64,000 bases of DNA from an uncultured delta proteobacterium (GTDB lineage: Bacteria; Myxococcota_A; Polyangia; Polyangiales; Polyangiaceae): positions 1,728,001-1,792,000 of the forward strand of contig CAWAIF010000003.1 in NCBI GenBank assembly GCA_963782055.1. Direction: 5' to 3'. The notes under the pieces were generated by a model. The model was not told where the DNA came from. It saw nothing but the letters and a program-made list of their open reading frames with translations, and made no database searches. The translations under genes and the position numbers were made by a program. Position 1 is the stretch's first letter, and each line of letters opens with the position of its first letter. Below, in pieces: positions 31,472 to 40,208 of the stretch.

Positions 31472-32332
31472 GTGACGGACGGCACGCACGCTCACGCCTA
31501 CGCGCAGCTCGCGGGCGTTCGGCTGCATTACATCGAGGCGGGGCAAGGTCCACTGGTCGTGCTGTTGCACGGCTTCCCGGAGTACTGCGGCGCGTGGCGC
31601 GCGCAGCTCGTCGCGCTCACGGGCGCGGGATTCCGGGTGGTCGCGCCGGACATGAGGGGCTACGGCCTGTCGGACAAGCCGGCGGGGGTGCGCTCCTATG
31701 GCGCGCGCGCTCTCGCGGAGGACGTGGCCGGGCTCATCCGCGCGTGCGGCGCGGAGCGCGCCACGGTCGTCGGGCACGACTGGGGCGGCGGCGTGGCGTG
31801 GGCGTTCGCGATGGCGCACCCCGAGCTGCTGGAGCGTCTGGTGATCCTGGACAGTCCGCACCCGGCGCGGTTCGTCCGCGCGCTGCGCACGGCGCGGCAG
31901 CTCAAGAAGAGCTGGTACATGTTCGCGATGCTCCCGCCGCGCCTACCGGAGGCGATGCTGCGCCGGGATGACTTCGCGATGCTGAAGGCGCCGCTGCTCC
32001 ACGATCCGCTGCCCGATCGCGTACCGTCGCGGGAGGAGATGGAGGGTTACGTGGAGGCGTGGTCGCAGCCCGGCGCGCTCACGGGGATGGTCAACTACTA
32101 CCGCGCCGCTTTCCGTCCGCGCCTTCATGTGCGCGCGCGCCGCGTGGAGGCGCCGGTGCTGGTGCTCTGGGGGGATCGCGACCGGTACCTGGGCACCGAG
32201 CTGGCGCGTCCCGACGCGGCGCTCGTCCCGAACGTGCGCGTGAAGATATTGCAGAATGCAAGTCACTGGATCCACTGGGAGCGCCCGGACGAGGTGAACG
32301 CGGCGCTGGTGGATTTCCTCCGGCCGTCCTGA
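31472..32332 (+). CDS. Alpha/beta hydrolase, epoxide-hydrolase type
   Basis: LLHGFPE, PDMRGYG, GHDWGG, SWYM, NYYRA and ASHWIH. Confidence 0.93.
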   Translation: MTDGTHAHAYAQLAGVRLHYIEAGQGPLVVLLHGFPEYCGAWRAQLVALTGAGFRVVAPDMRGYGLSDKPAGVRSYGARALAEDVAGLIRACGAERATVVGHDWGGGVAWAFAMAHPELLERLVILDSPHPARFVRALRTARQLKKSWYMFAMLPPRLPEAMLRRDDFAMLKAPLLHDPLPDRVPSREEMEGYVEAWSQPGALTGMVNYYRAAFRPRLHVRARRVEAPVLVLWGDRDRYLGTELARPDAALVPNVRVKILQNASHWIHWERPDEVNAALVDFLRPS

Positions 32333-32421
32333 GCGGGGGGGGCGGGCGGCGTGCGCTGCGGCGGTGCTCCACGTGAGCGGGCGGCGCTGCGGCGGCGCCA
32401 GGTGTGCGGTCGCGCAGTGCG

Positions 32422-33033
32422 CTAGGTGTGCGGCTCGGTCGCCTTCATGGAGGGGCGCTCGCGGAAGCTCGCGTACCACTCGAAGAGCGAGGCGTGGCGG
32501 CGGCGCAGATCGCCGACGGGCTTGCGGAACTCCAGCCAGCCGAGGGTCACGCCCGCGCAGATCTGCGCGAGGCTCAGGTCCGCGCCGAAGGAGGCGGACT
32601 CGCGCTCGAGCGTCTCCACGCCCTGCAGGACCTTCTCCGTCTGGCCGGCGATCCAGTCGCGCCACTGCAGCTCCTTGGGGCGCAGGACGGTCTCGTAGCG
32701 GACGAGGATCCCCGCGTCGAGGATGCCGTCGCAGAGCGCCTGTACGCGCAGCACGCGGAAGCGCTCGGAGCCGCTCGCCGGGGTGAGCTTGCGGCCGCCG
32801 TGGAGCGTGTCCAGGTACTCGCAGATGACCGGCGAGTCGTAGAGGGTCACCCCGTGGTCGGTCACCAGCGCGGGGATCTTCACCAGCGGGTTGTGCGGCG
32901 AGAGCGAGGGCTCTGCCTTCACCGGCGTGAGGGTGACGGGTAGAAGCTCGATGCGATCTCGGAGGCCGGTCTCGCGGGCGTAGACGAGCACCTTGCGGAC
33001 GAAGGGAGAGGTGGTGGAGCAGTAGAGCTTCAT
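32422..33033 (-). CDS. Glutathione S-transferase family protein
   Basis: MKLYCSTTSPFVRKV, NPLVKIPAL and LYDSPVICEYLD. Confidence 0.93.
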   Translation of the reverse strand: MKLYCSTTSPFVRKVLVYARETGLRDRIELLPVTLTPVKAEPSLSPHNPLVKIPALVTDHGVTLYDSPVICEYLDTLHGGRKLTPASGSERFRVLRVQALCDGILDAGILVRYETVLRPKELQWRDWIAGQTEKVLQGVETLERESASFGADLSLAQICAGVTLGWLEFRKPVGDLRRRHASLFEWYASFRERPSMKATEPHT

Positions 33034-33132
33034 GCCGGTCGCACGAGCGTAGCGGATGCGCAGGTGAAAGCCGACCGTGGTGCGGGCAGAGTGCCGGGCG
33101 GCGCCCCGGCCGGAAGCCGCTATGCTCGCCGC

Positions 33133-33837
33133 ATGTTCGAGCTGACCATCACGGCCCCGGGGAAGAATGCCCTCTCGCGCGCGTCCATGACCGTCCTCAT
33201 CGAGGGGCTGCGCGCGGCGAGGGGCGAGCCGCTGCTGCTGTTCGGCGCGGGGGACGCCTTCTCGGCGGGGCTCAACCTGAAGGAGGTGGCGTCGCTCGAC
33301 GTGGCGGGGATGCGCGACTTCCTGCACACGCTGGATGATCTGGTGGATGCGCTCTACACGTACCCGGGCCCGACGGTCGCGTGGGTGAATGGCCATGCCA
33401 TCGCCGGCGGGTGCGTGCTCGCCCTCGCGTGCGACGCGGCGGTGGCGACGGACGACGCGGCCGTGCGCATCGGGCTGAACGAGACGGCCATCGGCCTGCC
33501 CTTCCCGCCGAAGATCCTCGCGATGGTGCGGGCGACCGTCCCGCCCGCTTCGCTCGACGAAGTGGTGCTCGGCGCGGAGCTGCACGCTCCCCGGGTCGCC
33601 ATGGCGCTCGGGCTGGTGAACGAGGTCGCGAGCGACGCGCGTGCGCGTGCGCTGGTGGTGCTCGAGGGGCTGGCGCGGCACCCGAAGGAGACGTATGCGC
33701 ACACCAAGCGGGAGCTGCGGCGCGGGGTGCTCGACCTCTCGCCGGAGCGTCGGCGCGAGTACGACGAGAAGGTGCTCCCCGCCTGGGCGTCACCCGAGAT
33801 CAAGGCGCGACTCCAGTCGCGGCTCGCGAGGCGCTAG
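33133..33837 (+). CDS. Enoyl-CoA hydratase/isomerase family protein
   Basis: FSAGLNL, NGHAIAGGCVLALACD and IGLNETAIG; TATGCT lies 6 nt before the ATG. Confidence 0.92.
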   Translation: MFELTITAPGKNALSRASMTVLIEGLRAARGEPLLLFGAGDAFSAGLNLKEVASLDVAGMRDFLHTLDDLVDALYTYPGPTVAWVNGHAIAGGCVLALACDAAVATDDAAVRIGLNETAIGLPFPPKILAMVRATVPPASLDEVVLGAELHAPRVAMALGLVNEVASDARARALVVLEGLARHPKETYAHTKRELRRGVLDLSPERRREYDEKVLPAWASPEIKARLQSRLARR

Positions 33838-33888
33838 GCGGCGGGGTCCCCGCCCGTCGGCGTGCGGTCTGCGTGCGTGGACCACCCC

Positions 33889-34383
33889 TCAATCGTCCGG
33901 GAAGCCCCATGGATAGTAGAGCGTGGCCGTGTCGCGGAAGTACCGAGCGAGGATGTTCAGCGTGCTCTCGGTGTACGCGCGCTTGAGAAACCGCACGTTC
34001 TCGTCGAGGGAGCGGCCGTGCGTCAGGGCGTCGTCGATGGGGAAGGAGAGGATCTCCGGCGCGATGAGCTCGTCCAGCACCCGCTTCAGCAGCCGCTCGC
34101 CGGCCGGGGTGAGGTCGACCTTGCGCGTGCGCCGGTCGTGCGTCGGCCCGCGCCACACCAGCCCGAGCTTCTCGAGCGAGGCGAGCATGCGGCTGACCGT
34201 CGGCCGCGACACGCCCAGCACGCGCCGCAGCTCCATCTGCGTCATGAAGGTGCGGCCGGAGTGCCGGATGGCGTAGATCATGTCGAACCGCGCGGGCGTC
34301 AGCCCGATACGGGAGAGGATGAAGCGCCCGACCTTGAGGGTTGCCTGGTAGGCGCGCTTGAGACCGAAGTAGATGGCGTCCAT
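33889..34383 (-). CDS. MarR-family winged-helix regulator with C-terminal extension
   Basis: GLTPARFDMI, QMELRRVLGVSRPTVSRMLASLEKLGLV and DRRTRKVDLTPAG; tail RDTATLYYPWGFPDD. Confidence 0.88.
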   Translation of the reverse strand: MDAIYFGLKRAYQATLKVGRFILSRIGLTPARFDMIYAIRHSGRTFMTQMELRRVLGVSRPTVSRMLASLEKLGLVWRGPTHDRRTRKVDLTPAGERLLKRVLDELIAPEILSFPIDDALTHGRSLDENVRFLKRAYTESTLNILARYFRDTATLYYPWGFPDD

Positions 34384-34394
34384 GCCTTCCCCAC

Positions 34395-34410
34395 AGCACG
34401 CTCCATGCCG
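34395..34410 (-). promoter_or_regulatory. Sigma54 -24/-12 promoter of the MarR gene
   Basis: Minus strand CGGCAT-GGAGC-GTGCT (GG-N10-GC); 12 nt from the GC to the ATG, the same spacing as at 14813-14828. Confidence 0.55.
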
Positions 34411-34447
34411 GCCCCCGCCCCCCCTCCTCCGCCCCCCCAAACCCACT

Positions 34448-34603
34448 ACGTTTCGAGGCCCTGGCGAGTGCTTGCTAACGGTGAGGTCGCGACGCGGAGG
34501 TGGCCGGGGTGTCCCTGGAGGGTGTCCCTGGACAGGTGGAGGGCACGCGCGAGCGGGTGCTGGAGGAGACCGTTAGCAAGCACTCGCCAGGGCCTCGAAA
34601 CGT
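34448..34603. repeat. Perfect 35-bp inverted repeat with an 86-bp spacer containing a 13-bp tandem direct repeat
   Basis: 34448-34482 acgtttcgaggccctggcgagtgcttgctaacggt is the exact reverse complement of 34569-34603; gggtgtccctgga occurs at 34507-34519 and 34520-34532. Confidence 0.95.
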
Positions 34604-34651
34604 CATCGAGTTGTGGGGGGAGGGGGGGGCTCCCGGGGGCGCGGCGGGGAG

Positions 34652-35383
34652 CTAGTCGAAGAGGCGGAGTTGGGTGGGTCGACCGGCAGCCTGGGGCTTC
34701 CGGTTGCGGGGGGGCTTGGCGCCGGACGCCTTGCCGGGTGTGGCACGTGGACCCTGTCCAGCGGCGGCCTTGCGTGGTGCTCCGTCGCCGTCGCTCGGTG
34801 GCGCGTGCCGGGTGCCGCCTGGCGTCGCGCGGCGCCCACCGCTCGCGCGTTCAGCCTCGTCGGATGCGGGCGCCGCGTCGGTGGCGAGCAGCATCCGGAC
34901 GAGCGCCGACTCGCGCCGGAAGAAGCCCTCGGTGTGGAAGCTCTCGGTGAGGCCGAGCAGGACGACGTCCAGGTGGTGGAGGAGCTCGTGGACGAGGGTG
35001 CGCAGGAAGGTCTTGAAGCGCACGACCTGGCGGTGCGCGGCGGTGCGCATCCACACCTCGATCTCCGGCACGTCGTCCTTCTCCAGGGCGAAGGTGTAGA
35101 GGCCGTGCAGCTCGCCGCCCTCGATCTGCGGGCGCACCTCGCGCACGCGCACACGCACGGGCGCCACCTGGAGCTGGCTGCAGAGGGCGTTGGCGAGGGC
35201 CTGCGCGCTCTTGCCGACGCCGACGCGCTTGCCGGCGGCGAGCGCGGTCTCCATCGCCTGCACGACGGGCCGCAGGCGCCCCGGGTGCGGCACCTCGATC
35301 GAGCCGACAGCGTCGCTCTTGCGGTAGATGCGCTTGTCCGCGGTGGAGAGGCGCGCGTAGTAGCCGAAGCGCTTGGCGGCCAT
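34652..35383 (-). CDS. SprT/WLM-like zinc metalloprotease with C-terminal QLRLF motif
   Basis: GELHGLY, IEVWMR, TLVHELLHHLD and SFHTEGF; low-complexity tail ending PTQLRLFD; TGATG coupling to the upstream gene. Confidence 0.78.
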   Translation of the reverse strand: MAAKRFGYYARLSTADKRIYRKSDAVGSIEVPHPGRLRPVVQAMETALAAGKRVGVGKSAQALANALCSQLQVAPVRVRVREVRPQIEGGELHGLYTFALEKDDVPEIEVWMRTAAHRQVVRFKTFLRTLVHELLHHLDVVLLGLTESFHTEGFFRRESALVRMLLATDAAPASDEAERASGGRRATPGGTRHAPPSDGDGAPRKAAAGQGPRATPGKASGAKPPRNRKPQAAGRPTQLRLFD

Positions 35384-36768
35384 CAGGCGGTCATCGCGGT
35401 GCGCCGGCGCACCGCCCCCCAGAGAACGAGCGCGGCGAGCGTCGGCGCCAGGCAGGCCACCGCCACCGTGACGATGTGCTGCGCGTCGTGGAGGCGGGGG
35501 AGGTTGAAGACGAAGGCCTCTGCCCAGGTGATGACGGCGTCGGCGGTGACGACGCTCGCCATGAGCACGCCCAGCCAGGAGCGGTAGCGGCGCGCGAGCA
35601 TGACGAGGCCCGCGAAGAGGGCGACGTCGAAGACGAGCCACGCCGCCTTGATCCACGGGTCGGGGAACCAGCCCTGCCAGCTCGCCAGCGCCATGGCGAG
35701 CGTCCACGGCACGAGGAGCAGGGTGAGGGTCCAGACGACCGGGAGCGGTCCCCGCAGCACCGTGCGCGCCGCGAAGGAGAAGAGGTTGCCCTGCGCGAAG
35801 GCGCGCAGAGAGTCGTAGATGGCGACGGCCGCGGGCGTCTCGCGCGGGTAGACGAGCCAGATGGGCTGCCACGCGTGTGGCCGCAGCTTGGCCTTGAAAG
35901 CGTGGAGCCCGCGGAAGTCGTAGAAGGGGGAGGCGAGGGCGCGGATGCGCCGCAGCCAGCTCGCGACAGGGCCCGCCAGCGGCGCGAGCCCCAGCGTGAC
36001 GTGCCCGCACTCACCCTCTGCCGCCGCGCGCATCGCAGCGTCGACGAGCAGCTCCGCGGTGCCGTTCGGCGCGGTGCGCTCGCGGATCAGGTCCTCGAAG
36101 AACCAGCCCTCGCGTGCGTAGACGGGCACCGCGGCGAGGAAGCCGACGATGCGCCCGCCGCGCTCCGCCACGAGCAGCATGCGCTCCTCCGGCCACTCGA
36201 AGGGCTGGACGTCCACCATGAAGCCCATGGGCGCCATGTCGCGCGAGGCGAGCCACCGCTCGATGAGCCGCTCCACGGCCTGCCGCACGCGCGAGGTCTT
36301 GGCGCGCACCTCCTCGGCCTCGATGCGCCGCACGGTCACCCCCTTGGCGCGCGCCCGCCGAAGCTGGTAGCGCAGCGAGCGGTCGCCCGCGACGACCTCG
36401 TCCCAGTGGCGCGCGTCCCACGTGGGCTGCTCACCGACCACCACGCGGTCGAGCTGCCGCGTATCCTCCAGCTCCGTCTCCACGCCGAAGAAGACCGCCC
36501 GCCGGCTCTGGCGGCTCGCCTCCTCCGCGAACTCGTGCATCACCTCCGCCGCGCGCTCGGGTGGGGCGACCGGGTCGCCGCCCGCCACCCACGCCGTGCC
36601 CGTGTCGACGTACGCGACGCACGCGTCCTCGCCGGAGAACCAGTACGAGAACCCGCGCTCGAGCACCTGGAAGGACGTCGCCGTGTGACCGTGTCGGCGC
36701 AGGAGCCCCAGTACGCGCGCGCGCTCGTCGGGAGAGGGCGGTTCGGCTGCGGTCGTTGCCGGGACCAT
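35383..36768 (-). CDS. DUF2156 / aminoacyl-phosphatidylglycerol synthase catalytic-domain protein with C-terminal TMs
   Basis: WVAGGDPV, LRRARAKGVTV, LIRERTAPNGTAELL, LGLAPLAG and YDFRGLHAFKAKLRPHAWQPIWL; about 4 TMs at the C-terminus. Confidence 0.85.
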   Translation of the reverse strand: MVPATTAAEPPSPDERARVLGLLRRHGHTATSFQVLERGFSYWFSGEDACVAYVDTGTAWVAGGDPVAPPERAAEVMHEFAEEASRQSRRAVFFGVETELEDTRQLDRVVVGEQPTWDARHWDEVVAGDRSLRYQLRRARAKGVTVRRIEAEEVRAKTSRVRQAVERLIERWLASRDMAPMGFMVDVQPFEWPEERMLLVAERGGRIVGFLAAVPVYAREGWFFEDLIRERTAPNGTAELLVDAAMRAAAEGECGHVTLGLAPLAGPVASWLRRIRALASPFYDFRGLHAFKAKLRPHAWQPIWLVYPRETPAAVAIYDSLRAFAQGNLFSFAARTVLRGPLPVVWTLTLLLVPWTLAMALASWQGWFPDPWIKAAWLVFDVALFAGLVMLARRYRSWLGVLMASVVTADAVITWAEAFVFNLPRLHDAQHIVTVAVACLAPTLAALVLWGAVRRRTAMTA

Positions 36769-36824
36769 CGATGCGGGCCAGGCAGCCGCGCACGGCGCAC
36801 GGCGGCCAACGGTCGGGGTCGACT

Positions 36825-39389
36825 TTAGGGCCGCGCCGCCCGTCGCGCCACCCCCGCCCCCGTCAGGGCCTTGTACGCCTCGAACCAGAGGGGCGAGGCG
36901 AGGCCCGCCGCGAGCGCCGCCGCGAAGAACGGCGCCGGCACCGGCGTCAGGTAGAAGAGGTGGTGGAGCCCGGGCGTGTAGACGCACACGCCGAGCACCA
37001 GGAGCGCCGCGCCCACCACCCAGAGCAGCGCCCGGTTGCGCTTGCGCCCGCGTCGCAGCAGCGTGCTCTCCCGCCACGAGCGGTTGACCTGGATCAGGCC
37101 GAGGTTGCCGCCCATCAGCACCACGAACGCGATCGTCCGCGCCGCGTCCTCGCTCGCCCCGCGCGACAGACTGAAATAGAGCGCGCCGAGACTGACCCCC
37201 AGCACCGTCATCCCCAGCGCCGCCGAGAGCGCCAGGCCGCGCGCGCCGACCAGCGGCTGGCCCCCGCGCCGCGGCGGGCGGCTCATCACGTCCGGCTCCT
37301 CCGGCTCCGCCTCGAACACCACCGAGCAGACCGGGTCAATCACCAGCTGCAGCAACGCGATGTGGATCGGCTCCAGCACGACGGCCCCCCCCAGCAGCAC
37401 CGGCAGCAGCGAGAGCCCGGCGATGGGGATGTGCACCGCGACGATGTACGCCAGCGCCTTCTTCAGGTTGTCGAAGATGCCGCGGCCGGTGCGGATCGCG
37501 TCCACCACCGAGGCGAAGTGGTCGTCCGTCAGCACCAGCGACGACGCCTCGCGCGCCACGTCGGTCCCGCGCGCGCCCATCGCGATGCCGATGTCGGCCG
37601 CCCGCAGCGCCGGCGCGTCGTTCACCCCGTCCCCCGTCATCGCCACCACCTCGCCCGCCGCGCGCAGCGCCTTCACGATGCGCAGCTTCTGCTCCGGCAG
37701 CACCCGCGCGAACACCGACGCCGACCGCACCCGGTCGCGCAGCACCTCCTCGCTCATCGCCTCCAGCTCCGCGCCCGTCACCACGCCGTCCTGCGCGATG
37801 CCCGCGGCCCGCGCGATGCTCCGCGCCGTCCCCGCGTAGTCGCCGGTGATCATCACCACGCGAACGCCCGCCTCGTGGCACCGCGCGACCGCCGCGGGCA
37901 CCTCGGCGCGTACCGGATCCGCCAGCGCCACCAGGCCCATCAGCTCGAAGTCGAAGTCGTGGTGGCTGTCGGGCAGCGGCGCGCTGGGCTCGAAGTAGGC
38001 GCGCGCCACGCCGAGCACCCGCAGCCCCCGGTCCGCCAGCGCGCTCACCTGCCGACGCAGCGCCTCGCGCTCCGGCTCCGGCAGGTGACACAGATCCGCG
38101 ACCGCCTCCGGCGCGCCCTTCGTCGCGACCACCGCCCGCGCCGACGGCGCCTCCGGCGAGCGCCACACGTGCGAGAGCGCGAGCAGGTTCGGCGCCAGCG
38201 GGTACTCGCGCTCCAGCACCCACGTCTCGTGCAGGTGCTCCGTGCCGGCGAGCGCCTCCGCGCCGAACGCGGTGATCGCGGCATCCATCGGGTCGAAGGC
38301 CTGCCGCTGGCTCGCGAGCACCGCCACCTCCGCCAGCCCGTGCCACTCCTCCGGCAGCGCGCGCCCGTCGCTCGTGTCCAGCTCCCCGGCGTGCGGCGAG
38401 AGCAGTCGCGCCACCTTCATCCGGTTCTCGGTGAGCGTCCCCGTCTTGTCGCACGCGATCACAGTCGCCTCGCCGAGCGTCTCCACCGCCGTCGTCCGCC
38501 GCGTGAGCACGTTGCGCCGCGAGAGCCGCCAGGCGCCGAGCGCCAGGAACACCGTGAGCACCACCGGGAACTCCTCCGGCAGCACCGCCATCGCCAGGGT
38601 GAGCCCGGCGAGCAGCCCGTTCAGCCAGTCGCCGCGGTGCAGGCCGAAGACCAGGAGCAGCAGCGTGGACATCGCCGCTCCGCCCCAGGCGAACACCCGC
38701 ACCAGGCGCCGCACCTCCACCTGCACACCCGTCGGCGCGGCGGCCGGCTCCCCCAGCCCCTTGCCGATGCGCCCGACCTCCGTGTGCATTCCCGTCGCCG
38801 TCACCCGCGCGATCGCGTGCCCGCGCACGACCAGCGTCGCCGCGTACAGGTGCGGCGTCGCGTCGCCGCCCGGGCGCGCCTGGTCGGGATCGCCCTCCCC
38901 GCGCTCGCGCTTGCGCACCGGGACCGATTCTCCGGTGAGCAGCGACTCGTCCACCAGCGTGTGCGCCGACTCCAGGAGGAGCGCGTCGGCCGGCACGCGG
39001 TCGCCCTCGGCGAGCAGCAGCACGTCCCCCCGCACCACCTCTCGCCCCGCGATGCGCCGCTGCTGGCCCCCGCGCACCACCAGCGCGCGCGGACTGGACA
39101 GATCCCGCAGCGCCGCCAGCGCGTTCTCCGTCTTGTGCTCCTGGTAGACGGTGATCGCCACGATCACCACGACGAACGAAGACAGCATCAGCGCGTCTCG
39201 CAGATCGCCGAACGCCATGTAGACGGCGCCGCACGCGAGCAGGAGCAGCAACATCGGCTCGCGCAGCACGCCGACGATGACTCGCAGCACCGTCCGCTGC
39301 TCGTGCACGGCGAGCTCGTTCGGCCCGTCCTCACTCAGGCGTCGCGCCGCTTCGTCCGGCGTCAATCCGGTGGTCGTCTCGTCATCCAC
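36825..39389 (-). CDS. Cation-translocating P-type ATPase (type II)
   Basis: LTGES, PEEF, DKTGTLT, KGAPE, MITGD and TGDGVNDAPAL. Confidence 0.96.
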   Translation of the reverse strand: MDDETTTGLTPDEAARRLSEDGPNELAVHEQRTVLRVIVGVLREPMLLLLLACGAVYMAFGDLRDALMLSSFVVVIVAITVYQEHKTENALAALRDLSSPRALVVRGGQQRRIAGREVVRGDVLLLAEGDRVPADALLLESAHTLVDESLLTGESVPVRKRERGEGDPDQARPGGDATPHLYAATLVVRGHAIARVTATGMHTEVGRIGKGLGEPAAAPTGVQVEVRRLVRVFAWGGAAMSTLLLLVFGLHRGDWLNGLLAGLTLAMAVLPEEFPVVLTVFLALGAWRLSRRNVLTRRTTAVETLGEATVIACDKTGTLTENRMKVARLLSPHAGELDTSDGRALPEEWHGLAEVAVLASQRQAFDPMDAAITAFGAEALAGTEHLHETWVLEREYPLAPNLLALSHVWRSPEAPSARAVVATKGAPEAVADLCHLPEPEREALRRQVSALADRGLRVLGVARAYFEPSAPLPDSHHDFDFELMGLVALADPVRAEVPAAVARCHEAGVRVVMITGDYAGTARSIARAAGIAQDGVVTGAELEAMSEEVLRDRVRSASVFARVLPEQKLRIVKALRAAGEVVAMTGDGVNDAPALRAADIGIAMGARGTDVAREASSLVLTDDHFASVVDAIRTGRGIFDNLKKALAYIVAVHIPIAGLSLLPVLLGGAVVLEPIHIALLQLVIDPVCSVVFEAEPEEPDVMSRPPRRGGQPLVGARGLALSAALGMTVLGVSLGALYFSLSRGASEDAARTIAFVVLMGGNLGLIQVNRSWRESTLLRRGRKRNRALLWVVGAALLVLGVCVYTPGLHHLFYLTPVPAPFFAAALAAGLASPLWFEAYKALTGAGVARRAARP

Positions 39390-39477
39390 CCGTGAGACTC
39401 CTTGTCGCGGTGCCCGCTCCGGTGCGGACGCGCCCCCTCGCAGGGTGTACCCTCGGCGCCACGAGGGACGAGCGCGA

Positions 39478-40101
39478 ATGATTACGCTCTATCACGACGG
39501 CGAGTCGGCTCACTGCATTCGCGCGCGGATCGGCCTCGCGCTCGCCGGTGTGCCCTACCGGCAGATCGCGATGAAGCCGGACGGCGATCCGGGCACGCCC
39601 TCCATCCGCGCGATGGCGACCCTCGGCGCCGTGCCGCTGCTGGTGGACGGGCGGGCCGTCGTCGGCGACTCCTACGCGATCCTGCTCTGGCTGGGGGAGC
39701 GCTTCCCGCGTCTGCTCCCCGCGCGGATGGCGCGCGCGCGGGCGCTCACCTGGCTGGAGGCCTCCGCCAACGTCGTCGATCCGCCCGTGCAGCGCGCGGC
39801 CGACCTCCTCCGCCGTGGCAACAAGGACTCGCGCGAGGTGCGCGATGCCTTCGCCGACGTGCGTCTGGCGCTCTCGCGCGTGGAGCGCGCGCAGACCGGC
39901 TCCAGTCACCCTTACGTGATGGGCCGGACCCTCACGGTCGTCGACGCCGCGCTCTTCCCCGCCTTCGCCGTCCTGGCGGATCTCGCGGCCCACCACGGAC
40001 GGGCGATGCAGCTCGGCCGGGCCCCCTGGTGGAAGGCGTGGTGCCTGCGCATGCGCGCGCGGCCGGAGATCCGCGTCGCGCTGGCTCAGCCCGCGGGGTG
40101 A
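39478..40101 (+). CDS. Glutathione S-transferase family protein (divergent)
   Basis: MITLYHDGESAHCIRARIGL, GAVPLLVDG, DSYAILLWL and YVMGRTLTVVD. Confidence 0.82.
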   Translation: MITLYHDGESAHCIRARIGLALAGVPYRQIAMKPDGDPGTPSIRAMATLGAVPLLVDGRAVVGDSYAILLWLGERFPRLLPARMARARALTWLEASANVVDPPVQRAADLLRRGNKDSREVRDAFADVRLALSRVERAQTGSSHPYVMGRTLTVVDAALFPAFAVLADLAAHHGRAMQLGRAPWWKAWCLRMRARPEIRVALAQPAG

Positions 40102-40208
40102 GGGCATGTCTTCCCACAAGCAACCCGCGATCCACGGGCGGACGCGCCCAGGAGAGGCGTCCCGCGCCTCCTGGCGCAACCCTCGCGCCTCCTCGCGCAA
40201 GCCGCGCG

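Noticed and set aside
33840..33854. Short GC hairpin ggcggg-gtc-cccgcc between the enoyl-CoA hydratase and MarR genes
   Set aside because: It could be a terminator, but the stem is short, there is no U tract, and such hairpins arise by chance at this GC content.
34466..34586. CIRCE-like half-sites (gagtgc.. / ttagca..gcactc) in the repeat arms
   Set aside because: The order and spacing are wrong compared with TTAGCACTC-N9-GAGTGCTAA, and no chaperone operon follows.
34448..34603. Retron msr-msd (a1/a2 inverted repeats) as the explanation of the inverted repeat
   Set aside because: There is no reverse transcriptase in the window, and the 86-bp spacer shows no msd-like long hairpin.
40163..40204. 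Imperfect 21-bp tandem repeat between convergent genes
   Set aside because: Only two degenerate GC-rich copies; no supportable function.
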